In this document: positions 18,906 through 29,881 of the stretch, piece after piece
Numbering within the stretch: position 1 is the first letter of the stretch
How the letters are laid out: each line of letters begins with the position of its first letter
Assembly: GCA_031260805.1 (NCBI GenBank)
Contig: JAISKV010000004.1
Location: forward strand, 4,227 to 68,226
Reading direction: 5' to 3'
DNA: 64,000 nt
Origin: Rickettsiales bacterium
Lineage (GTDB): Bacteria; Pseudomonadota; Alphaproteobacteria; Rs-D84
Made by a program: the position numbers and the translations under genes
Notes under the pieces: generated by a model
What the model saw: only the letters and a program-made list of their open reading frames with translations
Database searches by the model: none
Told to the model about the DNA's origin: nothing

Positions 18906-19580
18906 ATGAAAAAAGCAATATTACTTTTACTTTTCACTTTTCACTTTTCACTTTGCGGCTTTGCCGCGAAAGCGGATCTGGTCTATGTCGCGCAAAGGGT
19001 GGAAGATGTTGATCCGAAAAACGCGAAAGAGCGCGGTCGTGAAGACCTGTCCCGGGATCGCCGGTATTATCTGGGCGGCGACTTTTCGTATTCGTTCTGG
19101 CAGTCAGAAAAACAGAACGGATTTGACATTGATGGGCGCGGCAATACCGGGTTTGATCTGATGGCCGGCATCCGCGTGTACGATACTTTCCGGTTAGAGG
19201 CGAACTATGCGAATACTGCGGCGAAGTACCGTGGATTTTCGGTATCTGAAAATATAGTCATGGTGAATGCGATTTGGGATGCACGAATTGATTACCTGTA
19301 TCGCTGGTTTCATCGCCAGTATGTTATGCCTTATGCCGGATTCGGCGTGGGATTGGCGTTTAACGATGCGTCAGGCGGTGCTGAAATTCGGCGCGAAACC
19401 AGCATTGCCGCGAATGCGATGGTCGGGCTGGGGATTGAATTCAACGAATGGTTTGCGCTGGATTTCGGATACCGGTATCTGTATGTGTCGTCGCCGGAAT
19501 TAAAAATCAGCGGCGTGAAAATCAGTTCTTTCGCGCCATCCGCGCATCAATTGCGGGCGGGCGTCCGTGTCAGTTTCTAG
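18906..19580 (+). CDS. Outer membrane beta-barrel protein, paralog 2
   Basis: Near-identical signal peptide MKKAILLLLFTFHFSLCGFAAKA; C-terminal VRVSF. Confidence 0.6.
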   Translation: MKKAILLLLFTFHFSLCGFAAKADLVYVAQRVEDVDPKNAKERGREDLSRDRRYYLGGDFSYSFWQSEKQNGFDIDGRGNTGFDLMAGIRVYDTFRLEANYANTAAKYRGFSVSENIVMVNAIWDARIDYLYRWFHRQYVMPYAGFGVGLAFNDASGGAEIRRETSIAANAMVGLGIEFNEWFALDFGYRYLYVSSPELKISGVKISSFAPSAHQLRAGVRVSF

Positions 19581-20493
19581 GTGCCCGTATTTTGGTCGGT
19601 GCGGCGGCTGCAAGTATGATTTTGCAGACCCCGATTATCGCCGCGCCAAAGCGGAAACATTAAAGAATTTTCCCATTGATGAATTCGTGTGGCTGCCCGC
19701 TGGAAATCGGCGCAGGGCTGATTTTGCCTTTGCCGGCGGCGCGGTCGGATTTTATGAATCCGGCACGAAAAACATAGTTGAAATTTTAGATTGCCAAATG
19801 CTGGACGACGAAATCAGGAAAATAATTCCGCAGTTAAAGCAATTGCCGGCATCCGGCGGCGCGCTGATTACCCGTTGCGACAACGGGCTGGATATCGCGA
19901 TAACTTCGCCGGTTCCGTATTTTTCGGGCAGATTGAGTTTTGATGCAATCCGCGTTTCATGGAATGGGCGCGTTGTTTCGCAGACCGCGCAGCCGACGGT
20001 TGATTTTGACGGCCGTAAAATTGATTATCCGGCCGGCGCGTTTTTGCAGCCGTCTGTCGCTGGTGAAAACGCAATCCGCGACTTGATTGCAGGCGGCGGG
20101 CGAGCGATTGATTTGTTCTGCGGATTGGGAACATGGACCGGAAAAATCAAAGGCATCGGGTACGATTCTTACGCGCCGGCAATCGCGGCCGGGCGGGCGG
20201 CGGGATTGCAGTTGAATGTCCGCGATTTGATGAAGAATCCGATTCCGGCGCGCGCCATTGCAAAATACGATTTGCTGGTAATGGATCCGCCGCGCGCCGG
20301 CGCGTCCGCGCAATGCGCCGAGATTGAAAAAGCCGCGCGCGGCGGACAGAAATTAATCTATGTTTCGTGCAACCCTGCCAGTTTCGCGCGCGATATGAAA
20401 ATATTGAGATCATGGAAATTGGAAAAACTGACCGCGATTGATCAATTCCCCGGCAGCGAACATATGGAACTGGTGGGGGTGATTGGAAAGTGA
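19567..20493 (+). CDS. SAM-dependent RNA (uracil-5)-methyltransferase, RlmD/TrmA family
   Basis: CPYFGRCGGC Fe-S Cys cluster as in RlmD; C-terminal class I methyltransferase fold with DPPR-type motif. Confidence 0.6.
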   Translation: MSVSRCPYFGRCGGCKYDFADPDYRRAKAETLKNFPIDEFVWLPAGNRRRADFAFAGGAVGFYESGTKNIVEILDCQMLDDEIRKIIPQLKQLPASGGALITRCDNGLDIAITSPVPYFSGRLSFDAIRVSWNGRVVSQTAQPTVDFDGRKIDYPAGAFLQPSVAGENAIRDLIAGGGRAIDLFCGLGTWTGKIKGIGYDSYAPAIAAGRAAGLQLNVRDLMKNPIPARAIAKYDLLVMDPPRAGASAQCAEIEKAARGGQKLIYVSCNPASFARDMKILRSWKLEKLTAIDQFPGSEHMELVGVIGK

Positions 20494-20620
20494 AAAGTGT
20501 AAAGTTAAAAGTGGAAATAATGTGCTTGCTGCGCTCACATAAAATAATCAATTAATGTGTCGGCTTGCGCGACCAGCCGCATTTCCACTTTTAACTTTAC
20601 ACTTTTCACTTTTGTATTGT
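20493..20620. repeat. Long inverted repeat (gtgaaaagtgtaaagttaaaagtggaaat arms) between convergent genes
   Basis: Seen directly; arms of about 30 nt. Confidence 0.7.
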
Positions 20621-22438
20621 CTGTTTTTTCCACATGCTGGCGTATGCGCCGCGCTGTTTTATCAGTTGTTCGTGCGTGCCGCTTTCCACTATGCGCCCGT
20701 TGCCCAACACGATTATCCGGTCCATCTTCATCAGCGTTGCCAGACGATGCGCGACGACCAGCATGGTTTTTCCGGATGAAATGTATTCCAGGCTTTGCTG
20801 AATTATCCCCTCGGTCTCGCTGTCCAGACTGCTGGTCGCTTCGTCAATCAGGATGATTGGCGCGTTCTGCAAGAAAGCCCGCGCGATGGCAATTCTCTGC
20901 CGCTGGCCGCCGCTCAATTTCACCCCGCGATCCCCGACGACGGTGTTGTATCCGTTCGGCTGCTGCATTATAAAGTCATGCGCGCCCGCAAACCGCGCCG
21001 CGCGAATGACTTCGCTTTTCGTCGCGCTTTCATTCGCGTATTTCAGGTTGTCCAGAATGCTGCGGTTAAACAGCGCGGTGTCTTGGGGAATATAAGATAT
21101 ATTCCTGCGCAGGCTGTCCAGTGAAACCGCGGAGATATCCTGGCCGTCAATGGTGATTTTGCCGCCGCAGACATCATACATGCGCAGCAGCAGTTTGATG
21201 ATTGTTGACTTGCCGCCGCCCGATTGCCCGACCAGCCCGATATGTTCCCCCGGCGATATGTTCAGATAAAAATCACTCAATACCAGATCCCCGCGCGATT
21301 CATAACTAAAATCAATATCGTCAAATTTTATCCGGCCGCGGCGGACAATTAATTCCGCCGGATTCTTTTTGTCATGAACCGAAATATTGCGGACCAATTC
21401 GGTGTAGTTCTGCGCTGTCTCGGCGCCGGACTCAAACAGTTCCGTCCACTTGAATACAAAGTTCCAACTGGCCGAATTCAATGAAACAAAAGTTCCGATT
21501 GCAAAGACCACCTGGCCAAGATCCATGGATCCCTGATAGAAAAACCAAACGCATAATCCGGCGATGACGACAAAGAATATTTCTTCCATGATTGACAGCG
21601 GCGCCCAGAATTTTCGGTCTGCGAAAACATGCCGTTGGTAATTGTCTTCGTATTTTTTCAAGACGCCGTTCAGCAGAAACAATTCTTTCAGCCGTCCGCC
21701 GAACGCGCGCACCGACAATCCGCCGCCCAGCGTGTCTGTTGTCGCGCCGTGGATTTCGCTGACCGCGGACGCGGTCTTTCTGTTTGTCGCGATCATGTTT
21801 CGGAAATTGAATCTGAACCAGATAAGGCGCAGCAGAATTTCAGCAAAAATGAATGCGGCGATAATCCAATGCAGTCTGGCAATCAATCCGAATCCCAAAA
21901 CCAGTATTATAAAATCCGACCCCATTGACGCGAATAATTTTTGCAGAATCAAAATGGAGTTAAGTGCGATGTTGTTTGACTGCTGGCTTAATTTCCCCAG
22001 CATTTTCTTGTTTATAAACCCCATGGACTGGCAGTGCAAATAGTTTACCAGATCCAATAAAACCCGGGACCGGGATTGGCATCGCACGCGCTGCCAGAAC
22101 CAGTTTTGCAAGATGTCCGCGAATTTCAGAATCAAACTGACGCATAGAATCATGGATAAAATTATGACCGCGGTCCGGCCTGAATGAATGCGCGCCGTGT
22201 CCAGCAAATCGGTAATCATCCGCATTGCGACCGGCGGGAACAGCGCGAATCCCACGCGCGATAAAATGTAAAAACAGCAATAGAAAATAAAGCCGACGCC
22301 GAAAAACCGGCCAAAGTTCTTGGCCAGATACCGCGTGAATGTTTTTGGATTTTTCACCAAGGAACATTCCATCGGATATGTTTCAGGTATTAATTGCCGA
22401 ACCATTTCTCTCTCTCTGGGCTGCGCGTTATTTTCCAA
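20606..22438 (-). CDS. ABC transporter fused permease/ATPase (exporter type)
   Basis: Walker [10 protein letters not shown], signature [15 protein letters not shown]-terminal TM domain. Confidence 0.85.
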   Translation of the reverse strand: MENNAQPREREMVRQLIPETYPMECSLVKNPKTFTRYLAKNFGRFFGVGFIFYCCFYILSRVGFALFPPVAMRMITDLLDTARIHSGRTAVIILSMILCVSLILKFADILQNWFWQRVRCQSRSRVLLDLVNYLHCQSMGFINKKMLGKLSQQSNNIALNSILILQKLFASMGSDFIILVLGFGLIARLHWIIAAFIFAEILLRLIWFRFNFRNMIATNRKTASAVSEIHGATTDTLGGGLSVRAFGGRLKELFLLNGVLKKYEDNYQRHVFADRKFWAPLSIMEEIFFVVIAGLCVWFFYQGSMDLGQVVFAIGTFVSLNSASWNFVFKWTELFESGAETAQNYTELVRNISVHDKKNPAELIVRRGRIKFDDIDFSYESRGDLVLSDFYLNISPGEHIGLVGQSGGGKSTIIKLLLRMYDVCGGKITIDGQDISAVSLDSLRRNISYIPQDTALFNRSILDNLKYANESATKSEVIRAARFAGAHDFIMQQPNGYNTVVGDRGVKLSGGQRQRIAIARAFLQNAPIILIDEATSSLDSETEGIIQQSLEYISSGKTMLVVAHRLATLMKMDRIIVLGNGRIVESGTHEQLIKQRGAYASMWKKQTIQK

Positions 22439-24662
22439 ACTTGCCGCTGCGTGGAAATCCGACCGGCACCGGGCGTCCCTGGGCCGCGCGCCGTCCCATC
22501 CATATTTTCCATTCGTCCAACTTTGTCGTGCCGCGGCCCGTCGTCCATCCGAATCCGTCGCCTTCGTTAAAGAACGCGATGTCCATGACGCTGGTTTTTT
22601 CCGCTTTGTACTTTTGCAGCATGACGCCTTTGCCGCGCGCCATTTCTGGAATTTCGGATGCCGGGAATATCAAAAGATTATCATTGCTGCCCACAATCGC
22701 GACAGTATCGCCGTTTGCGGCGATGCAGTGCGTCGCAGGATTTTCCGCATCCACATTCATGACCTGCTTGCCATTGCGCGTTTGCGCCAGGCAATTTTCG
22801 CCCGGAATTATAAAGCCGTTTCCATGCCGCGATGCCAGCAGGTATTTTGCCCCCGCATCCAGCACGAATGCCGCGATAATTTTATCGTCCGCGCCGATGT
22901 CGCACAGCATGCGCACGCTTTCGCCAAAGCCGCGTGCCGACGGCAAATCGTTTGCGGCCAGAGTATACATTTTCCCATTGCTGGCGAACAGGTTGATTTT
23001 ATCCGTGGATTGCGCGTGGAACGCGGCGGAGAGCCCGTCGCCCTCCTTGTATTTAAGGTCCAGCGCATCCAGCGGCAGCGTCCCTTTGGCCGCGCGTATC
23101 CAGCCCAGTTCGGACAGAACGATTGTCAATGGCTCGCGCTCTATAAACTCTTCCGCGTTCACGACTGCTTCTTCCGTGGATGCCGCCCATTCCGTGCGCC
23201 GCCGCCCCAGCGCGGTATTTTTCGCAAATTGTTTTTTGATATCTGAAAACCATTCCCGCAGTTGATTGTTTTGGATTTCTTCACTGGCCAGCAATGCCCG
23301 CAACTCTGCCTGCTCTTTCAGCAAGTCTTCATTTTCGCGCCGGATTTCCATTTCTTCCAATTTGCGCAATTGGCGCAGGCGGGTGTTCAGGATTGATTCA
23401 ACCTGAACTTCCGTCAATGAAAACTCAGCCATCAAGACGCCCTTGGGCTCGTCTTCCGTGCGAATGATTTCAATAACGCGATCCAGGTTCAAGAACGCGA
23501 TAAGCAGACCGCCCAGGATTTCCAGCCGCCGCTCTATATTCATCAATCTGAAATTCGTCCGGCGCAATAAAACCGTTTTCTGATGCGCCAGAAATTCGCG
23601 CAAGACATCGCCGATCGGCATCAGACGCGGCGTGCCGGTTGAATCCACCACATTGAAATTCATGTTGAACCGGCATTCCAAATCGGTCGTCGCGAATAAG
23701 TGCGCCATCATTTTTTCAATCGGCACATTGCGAGATTTCGGCGTGATGACAATCCTGATTTCTGTCGTGGATTCGTCCGCGATGTCATCGCACAGCGGCA
23801 ACTTTTTAGCGTCTATCAGGCCGGCGATTTGTTCCACCAACTTCTGCTTGGTCGGGCCGTAGGGGATTTCGGTTATGATAACCTGGGACGCGCCGCGTTC
23901 CAGTTCTTCCGCATGCCAGCGCGCGCGGACGCGGAACGCCCCGCGTCCGGTTTCATAATTTTTCACAATCGTGTCAAAATCATCGCATAAAATTCCGCCG
24001 GTCGGAAAATCCGGCCCGACCATTTTCTTTATAATCTGCGCGGTTGTCGCATCGGGCCGATCAATCATCATGTTCAGCGCGTCGCAAACTTCCGATACAT
24101 TGTGCGTCGGAATGTTTGTCGCCATGCCGACCGCGATACCCATGCTGCCGTTCGCCAGCAGGTTCGGAAACGCGCCGGGCATGATGACAGGCTCGGTCGT
24201 GGTTCCGTCAAAGTTCGGAACCATCGGAACGCTGTCTTCGTCCAGCCCGTCCATGATCGCCATGGCCGCGTCCGTCATCTTGGATTCGGTGTACCGGTAC
24301 GCCGCCTGGGGATCGCCGTCAATATTGCCAAAGTTCCCTTGGCCGTCTATCAGCGGGTACCGCACGGAAAAGTCTTGGGCCAAGCGCACCATGGCGTCGT
24401 AAACGCTGCTGTCCCCGTGCGGATGATAATGCCCCAGCACATCGCCGACCACAGTCGCGCACTTGCGAAAACCGGCGTTCGGGCCCAACTTGTTCCGCAG
24501 CATGGAATACAAGATGCGGCGGTGCACAGGCTTTAACCCGTCGCGGACATCGGGCAGGGCGCGCGCGACAATCGTGCTGACCGCGTACGCCAGATACCGC
24601 TGGCCCAGTGCGTCGGACAGCGGCTGGCCGCTGATATTTTCATTGATAATTTCGTTTTTCAT
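22428..24662 (-). CDS. parC: DNA topoisomerase IV subunit A
   Basis: GyrA/ParC N-terminal domain with active-site [10 protein letters not shown]; a length of 744 aa favours ParC over GyrA. Confidence 0.7.
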   Translation of the reverse strand: MKNEIINENISGQPLSDALGQRYLAYAVSTIVARALPDVRDGLKPVHRRILYSMLRNKLGPNAGFRKCATVVGDVLGHYHPHGDSSVYDAMVRLAQDFSVRYPLIDGQGNFGNIDGDPQAAYRYTESKMTDAAMAIMDGLDEDSVPMVPNFDGTTTEPVIMPGAFPNLLANGSMGIAVGMATNIPTHNVSEVCDALNMMIDRPDATTAQIIKKMVGPDFPTGGILCDDFDTIVKNYETGRGAFRVRARWHAEELERGASQVIITEIPYGPTKQKLVEQIAGLIDAKKLPLCDDIADESTTEIRIVITPKSRNVPIEKMMAHLFATTDLECRFNMNFNVVDSTGTPRLMPIGDVLREFLAHQKTVLLRRTNFRLMNIERRLEILGGLLIAFLNLDRVIEIIRTEDEPKGVLMAEFSLTEVQVESILNTRLRQLRKLEEMEIRRENEDLLKEQAELRALLASEEIQNNQLREWFSDIKKQFAKNTALGRRRTEWAASTEEAVVNAEEFIEREPLTIVLSELGWIRAAKGTLPLDALDLKYKEGDGLSAAFHAQSTDKINLFASNGKMYTLAANDLPSARGFGESVRMLCDIGADDKIIAAFVLDAGAKYLLASRHGNGFIIPGENCLAQTRNGKQVMNVDAENPATHCIAANGDTVAIVGSNDNLLIFPASEIPEMARGKGVMLQKYKAEKTSVMDIAFFNEGDGFGWTTGRGTTKLDEWKIWMGRRAAQGRPVPVGFPRSGKFGK

Positions 24663-24864
24663 AGCACGGATAATCTAAACCATTTGCATTAATTTCGCAA
24701 TCAAAAAATCATTGATAGTTATTCTGGACTTGTATTCTGTACCTGCGTCCCATCGTCATTCCGGGCAAGCGTAGCGCGCCCCGGAATCCATGCATACCGT
24801 CTGGATTGCGGGTCAAGCCCGCAATGACGAAGGAATGTGTGGGCATGAGTTCCGAATAACCAAA

Positions 24865-26667
24865 TCATTTTTTTCTGAACTGGATGTCGCGCAGTTTTTT
24901 ATATTCGCCGCGCAGTTCCGTCAATTCGGCGTCCGTGCCGCGCTCTATAATTTCGCCGCCCTTGACCACGCAGATTATATCCGCGTCAATGATGGTGGAC
25001 AGACGGTGCGCGATGACAAAAGTAGTCCGGTTTTTCATCAGATTTTTCAGCGCGCCCTGAATCAATTTCTCGCTCTGCGTGTCCAGCGCGCTGGTCGCTT
25101 CGTCCAGCAATAATATCGGTGCGTCTTTCAGAATCGCCCGCGCGATCGCGATGCGCTGTTTCTGGCCGCCTGACAGCAGCGCGCCGCGTTCGCCCACATC
25201 GGCGCGGTATTTGTGCGGCATTTTCATTATGAATTCATGCGCGTTCGCCATTTTTGCGGCCGCTTCCACCTGGGCCATTGTCGCGTCTTGATTTCCGTAT
25301 TTTATATTGTCGGCAATCGTGCCCTTGAACAGGAATACATCCTGCGAAACTTCCGCAATGTTTTCGCGCAGTGTCTGCAAAGTGTATTTTCTGATATCTT
25401 TGCCATTAATCAGGACGCGTCCCGAACCCGGATCGTAAAACCGCTGAATTATGTTAAATATCGTTGATTTTCCGCCGCCGGATTCGCCGACAAATGCGCA
25501 GACTTTGTTTGACGGAACCGCGAACGAGACCCGTTTTAACACATCGCCGTCCGTCTGGTTGTACGCGAATGAAACCCGGTCAAACGCGACTGAAAATTTA
25601 TTTCCGGTCAACGGCACCGCATTCGGCGCGTCAGTTATTTTTGATTCGCTGTCCAAGAAATTAAATAAAATTTCCGCAGACATCAGCCCGTTTACCAATG
25701 TCTGGCCAACGCCCGTAACACTCTTCAACGGTTTGTACGAAGCGGTCAGCGCCATGACAAATGCTGTGAAATCACCGATTGTCATCGCGCCGCTGGTAAT
25801 AAAATGTCCGCCCAGAATCAGGGTCATGCACAAGCCGATTGAAATGATTATTTCCATCAGCGGGCTGCGCAGCGCGGCGTACTTGGTTGTCTTTAATGCA
25901 ATTTTTGCGGACTGATCCAGTATTTTATCAAACTGCTGTGATTCAGATTCCGCGGTTCCAAATGATTGGATTGTTTTGATGCCTTGCAGACTCTGATTCA
26001 CATGCTGGGTTGACGCGTTCGCGACGCCAAAAGATTTCAGCGTTAATTTCTTGCGCTTGCGCGTGATCCAAACCATCGGCAGAACGACCCCCGGGACCAG
26101 CACCATCAAGGTCAGGAATAATTGCGGCGCTACCCACAGCATGACCCCCAGCATCATCAGCAATGTCGCGGTCTGCTGGACCAGGCTGATGATCGTCGTA
26201 GTAACCAGGCTTAACACCGCGCCGGAATACAGGCCGAAATAATTCAAGTATTTCCCGATTCCCTGGTCATAGAAATCCCCGATGTTGACCTGCATCATCT
26301 TGCGGTAAATTTTGGACTGCAAATTATTGGAAGCCATCAGACCGGTTTTTGACATAATCATGTCTTTGGCATAAGAGAATACATTTTTTCCGCCGAATGT
26401 CGCGATAATCAGCAGGCCGAAATGATACAGGTCCGCCATGTTTTTATCAACAAAACCCTTGTCAATAACCTGTTTCAGAATCAGCACTGAAAAAGACTCG
26501 CCCGTTGCGGCGATAATCGTGCAGATAATCCCGGCCAGCAGCCATTTCCAGTACGGCAGCCCCAGATCGCGCCATACGCGCAGGTACAGCGACCACTTTA
26601 TCTTGTGATCGTCCGCCGGCGCCCGGAATATGTTAATTTTTGATAAAATTCTTTTTATGCCCATCAT
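24865..26667 (-). CDS. ABC transporter fused permease/ATPase (MsbA-like)
   Basis: Walker A GESGGGKST, signature [14 protein letters not shown]; start set at the ATG after a ggaga RBS. Confidence 0.85.
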   Translation of the reverse strand: MMGIKRILSKINIFRAPADDHKIKWSLYLRVWRDLGLPYWKWLLAGIICTIIAATGESFSVLILKQVIDKGFVDKNMADLYHFGLLIIATFGGKNVFSYAKDMIMSKTGLMASNNLQSKIYRKMMQVNIGDFYDQGIGKYLNYFGLYSGAVLSLVTTTIISLVQQTATLLMMLGVMLWVAPQLFLTLMVLVPGVVLPMVWITRKRKKLTLKSFGVANASTQHVNQSLQGIKTIQSFGTAESESQQFDKILDQSAKIALKTTKYAALRSPLMEIIISIGLCMTLILGGHFITSGAMTIGDFTAFVMALTASYKPLKSVTGVGQTLVNGLMSAEILFNFLDSESKITDAPNAVPLTGNKFSVAFDRVSFAYNQTDGDVLKRVSFAVPSNKVCAFVGESGGGKSTIFNIIQRFYDPGSGRVLINGKDIRKYTLQTLRENIAEVSQDVFLFKGTIADNIKYGNQDATMAQVEAAAKMANAHEFIMKMPHKYRADVGERGALLSGGQKQRIAIARAILKDAPILLLDEATSALDTQSEKLIQGALKNLMKNRTTFVIAHRLSTIIDADIICVVKGGEIIERGTDAELTELRGEYKKLRDIQFRKK

Positions 26668-26792
26668 ATATTCTCCGTCGTCATTCCCGCACCGAACCAC
26701 ACCCCGTCGTCATTCCGGGGGAGCGCAGTGAAACCCGGAATCCATTGAGCCATGGACCCCGGGTCGTGGCCCGGGGCGACGATGGGGTATTA

Positions 26793-28151
26793 CTAAATTA
26801 ATATCTGCAACAATTTCCCCGGCAAGTCCGCAATCGCAACCCGCTCTTGTTGCATCGTGTCGCGATAGCGCACTGTCGCGGTTTTATCTTCCAGCGACTG
26901 ATGATCAATCGTTATGCATATCGGCGTTCCGATTTCGTCGTGGCGGCGGTAATTCTTGCCAATGTTCCCGCTGTTTTCCATCGCGATCCGGCCAATATTC
27001 AATTTGCGCAAACCGGCTTCAACAGATTCCGCCAGCGCGACCAGTTCCGGCACATTGCGCGCCAGCGGTATGACCGCCGCCTTGATCGGCGCCAACGCCG
27101 GTTTCAGTTTCAGAACAATGCGTGAATTTCCGTCGCCCAGGTCTTCATCCGTGTACGCGTTCAACAGCACGGCCAGCATGCAGCGCTGCACCCCCATCGC
27201 GGTTTCAATAACAAACGGTATAAAGTTCTCGCCGCTTTGCGCGTCGGCATAGTTCAGTTTCGCAATGCTGTCCTTGTTGTCCAGATGCGCGGCCGCAATC
27301 TTGAATTCCTTCTGCGATTTCGTATGCGACCCCAGGTCAAAGTCCTGGCGGTTGTGAATCCCCTCTACTTCGTCAAAGCCGTCCGGAAATTCGTATTCAA
27401 TGTCAAACGCGGCCTTGGCGTAGTGCGCCAGTTTGTCATGCGGCGTGAACCGCAGTTTTTCGGCTGGAATGCCCAGCGTGTCCACCCACCAGTCCATGCG
27501 CAGTTTTTTCCACATGTCAAAATACTTCGCGTCATCCGCCGGATTGACGAAGTATTGCATTTCCGCCTGCTCGAACTCGCGCATGCGGAAAATATAGCCG
27601 CGCGGGGAAATTTCGTTGCGGAACGCCTTGCCAATCTGGCAGATTCCAAAGGGCAGTTTGTGCGGCACGCTGTCCAAAACATTTCTGAAATTAGTATAAG
27701 TCGTTGTCGCTGTTTCCGGGCGCAGGTAAGCATTTATTTCGCCATCCGCGGTCGCCCCCAGCGACAATCCCATCATCAGTTGATATTCGCGGGCCGGCAA
27801 CAAATCAGCACTGGCGCACTTGTCGCATTTGGCCGGATCGGCCATCTTGTCCTGACGCATGCGGGCGCCGCATTTTTTGCATACGACCAGCGGGTCTGTG
27901 AAACCGGCTTCGTGCCCGGAATATTTCCACATCGCGCGATGGGAAATCTGGGCGGCGTCCAGGCCTTCCACATCGTCGCGCTGGTACACCATGGCGTTCC
28001 ACCAGGCGTTCCGAATATTGCGCAGCAATTCCGTGCCCAGCGGCCCGAAATCATAAATTCCGGCCAAACCGCCGTAGATTTCTGATCCTGTGAAAATAAA
28101 GCCGCGCCGCTTGGCCAGGCTTTCAATATCTTTTACTTCTTTTGCCGACAT
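26793..28151 (-). CDS. glyQS: Glycine--tRNA ligase (homodimeric type)
   Basis: N-terminus RRGFIFTGSEIYGGLAGIYDFGPLG and class II aaRS motifs. Confidence 0.85.
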   Translation of the reverse strand: MSAKEVKDIESLAKRRGFIFTGSEIYGGLAGIYDFGPLGTELLRNIRNAWWNAMVYQRDDVEGLDAAQISHRAMWKYSGHEAGFTDPLVVCKKCGARMRQDKMADPAKCDKCASADLLPAREYQLMMGLSLGATADGEINAYLRPETATTTYTNFRNVLDSVPHKLPFGICQIGKAFRNEISPRGYIFRMREFEQAEMQYFVNPADDAKYFDMWKKLRMDWWVDTLGIPAEKLRFTPHDKLAHYAKAAFDIEYEFPDGFDEVEGIHNRQDFDLGSHTKSQKEFKIAAAHLDNKDSIAKLNYADAQSGENFIPFVIETAMGVQRCMLAVLLNAYTDEDLGDGNSRIVLKLKPALAPIKAAVIPLARNVPELVALAESVEAGLRKLNIGRIAMENSGNIGKNYRRHDEIGTPICITIDHQSLEDKTATVRYRDTMQQERVAIADLPGKLLQILI

Positions 28152-28153
28152 GC

Positions 28154-28774
28154 TTATAAATCCCTTATGTCTAAAATATTTTCTTTTTGTATTTTATTGC
28201 AGCCGCCGCGCAATTGCAACAAATCATAAATCTCATCAACCGACTTGTTCACGGCGTATATTTTTAATCCGTATTTCAATACCAAATCGGAAATAGAAAT
28301 TGACTGGGTGCTGCGCACCGTATTGCCGGCCTTGAACCATTTTACTTTATCTTCCAGAAATTTGCCAATTTCTTTATTCCGCCCATAAACAATGAACAGC
28401 AATTCCGATGCCGCGCGCCATACTGACAAAGCCAGATAAATATTATCCTGCTTGAATACATCCGCCTTTTCCAGATTGGTATCATTGAATGTCGCCTGCC
28501 AGGATCGGGCGTCAAAACTGGCGGTTTTCACCTCTAAATAATCAAATCCGCTTTTGGATGCGCGCCGCGCGTCAAATCCATGCTTTTCAGTGTTCACATG
28601 GGTGTAATTCAGATATTTTGCGGCGATTGAATCGCGCACTTCATTTATGAAAGTATCTGTGTCCAGTTTGTCGTATTCGGTTTGTATTTTAGTCAGCGAT
28701 TGAAAAACATCCAAACTGCGCGATAGAAACACTTCATCTATTTTCTGAAAATTGCCTTTGTCCAGTAATTTCAT
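28154..28774 (-). CDS. Type II restriction endonuclease (PD-(D/E)xK)
   Basis: FDYLEVK catalytic motif; start ATG overlaps the methyltransferase stop (ATGA); the longer ORF extension to 28942 is rejected. Confidence 0.55.
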   Translation of the reverse strand: MKLLDKGNFQKIDEVFLSRSLDVFQSLTKIQTEYDKLDTDTFINEVRDSIAAKYLNYTHVNTEKHGFDARRASKSGFDYLEVKTASFDARSWQATFNDTNLEKADVFKQDNIYLALSVWRAASELLFIVYGRNKEIGKFLEDKVKWFKAGNTVRSTQSISISDLVLKYGLKIYAVNKSVDEIYDLLQLRGGCNKIQKENILDIRDL

Positions 28775-29649
28775 AATAAAGTCCCCGCCATATAATTCTT
28801 GACATTCTCGTTCGCCATTAGAACATAATCCGGATTGATTTCGAATGCTATATAATTTCCGCCGTTTTTCAGAACTGATATGCACTCGCTGCCGCTGCCG
28901 CAAAACGGGATGACGACATTGAAAGGAATGACGGGCTTGCACGATTTTATCAATTTGTCGGTCAATTCCAAGGGCTTCTGGGTAGGATGGATTATGATGT
29001 CATGCCCGTAATGCTCTTTGCGTTTTGACGGCGCGATAATTTTCCCGCAATCTTTGCAATACATGATGCGTTCTTTCAATGCCGCGCCGCCGGCCAGCGT
29101 TGACTGGCAGATTACATCCCGCGGCAGCGCGCCGCGCTCGTCCGCATTATAAAGTGTTTCGACGCCGCCGTCTTTGGCAAAACGGCCGTGCCCCGCCGGG
29201 CGAACCCTGCCGGCGCTGCCGCGCAAAAATCCATCCGTGTACGGTTCGCGCACTTCATCGCGATTGAATAGCGGCTTGCTGCGCCAATAGCAGATTATTG
29301 ATTCGTGGCTGCGCTGCCAAAAATTCAACGACGGGACATTTTTATTCGTATAATACCAAATCAGCCACCGTTGCTGGTCGATCGGCAGCAGTACGGAAAT
29401 ATGCGCCAGAATTTCATCAAATCCGTAAATGAACATGGTGCCGGTCGGCTTTAATATCCGAATGCATTCGCCCAGCCAGGATTTCACCCATTCTATATAA
29501 TCAGCATTGTTTCGTTTGTCTGAATCATTGCCAAAGTCTTTGCCAATATTATACGGTGGATCAGCGATAATTATATCTGCAAAAGCATCAGGCAGTTCTT
29601 TCATGCCGGCGACGCAGTCTTGCAAGATTATGCGGTTCTGATTATCCAT
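28771..29649 (-). CDS. DNA methyltransferase (N6-adenine or N4-cytosine, beta class)
   Basis: Motif IV DPPY precedes motif I FCGSGSE. Confidence 0.75.
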   Translation of the reverse strand: MDNQNRIILQDCVAGMKELPDAFADIIIADPPYNIGKDFGNDSDKRNNADYIEWVKSWLGECIRILKPTGTMFIYGFDEILAHISVLLPIDQQRWLIWYYTNKNVPSLNFWQRSHESIICYWRSKPLFNRDEVREPYTDGFLRGSAGRVRPAGHGRFAKDGGVETLYNADERGALPRDVICQSTLAGGAALKERIMYCKDCGKIIAPSKRKEHYGHDIIIHPTQKPLELTDKLIKSCKPVIPFNVVIPFCGSGSECISVLKNGGNYIAFEINPDYVLMANENVKNYMAGTLL

Positions 29650-29842
29650 TATTTTTCGGTGCGGTGGCGGCCTTGGCGATTGCCATTACGGGGCATACTG
29701 ACGCGCAGGTGCCGCAGTCTATGCATTTGTTCGCGTCAATCACGCACTTGCCGGCGTCCCCGATTGATATCGCCCCGACCGGGCACATCGCCATGCAGGT
29801 ATGGCATCCGATGCAGTTATTTTTATTTATTTCGTACGACAT
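29642..29842 (-). CDS. 2x[4Fe-4S] ferredoxin
   Basis: Two CxxCxxCxxxCP motifs. Confidence 0.8.
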   Translation of the reverse strand: MSYEINKNNCIGCHTCMAMCPVGAISIGDAGKCVIDANKCIDCGTCASVCPVMAIAKAATAPKNNG

Positions 29843-29881
29843 TGTTGGTCCTTGGTATAAATAGTTGGTAATTGGTATTTT

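Noticed and set aside
22320-23265. Two overlapping 308 aa plus-strand ORFs
   Set aside because: They lie antisense within parC and the ABC transporter; no motifs and they overlap each other
27237-28085. 282 aa plus-strand ORF
   Set aside because: Antisense to glyQS, which has unmistakable class II aaRS motifs
28775-28942. N-terminal extension of the restriction endonuclease ORF (MQARHSF...)
   Set aside because: It overlaps the methyltransferase coding region; the ATG in the ATGA overlap gives classic translational coupling
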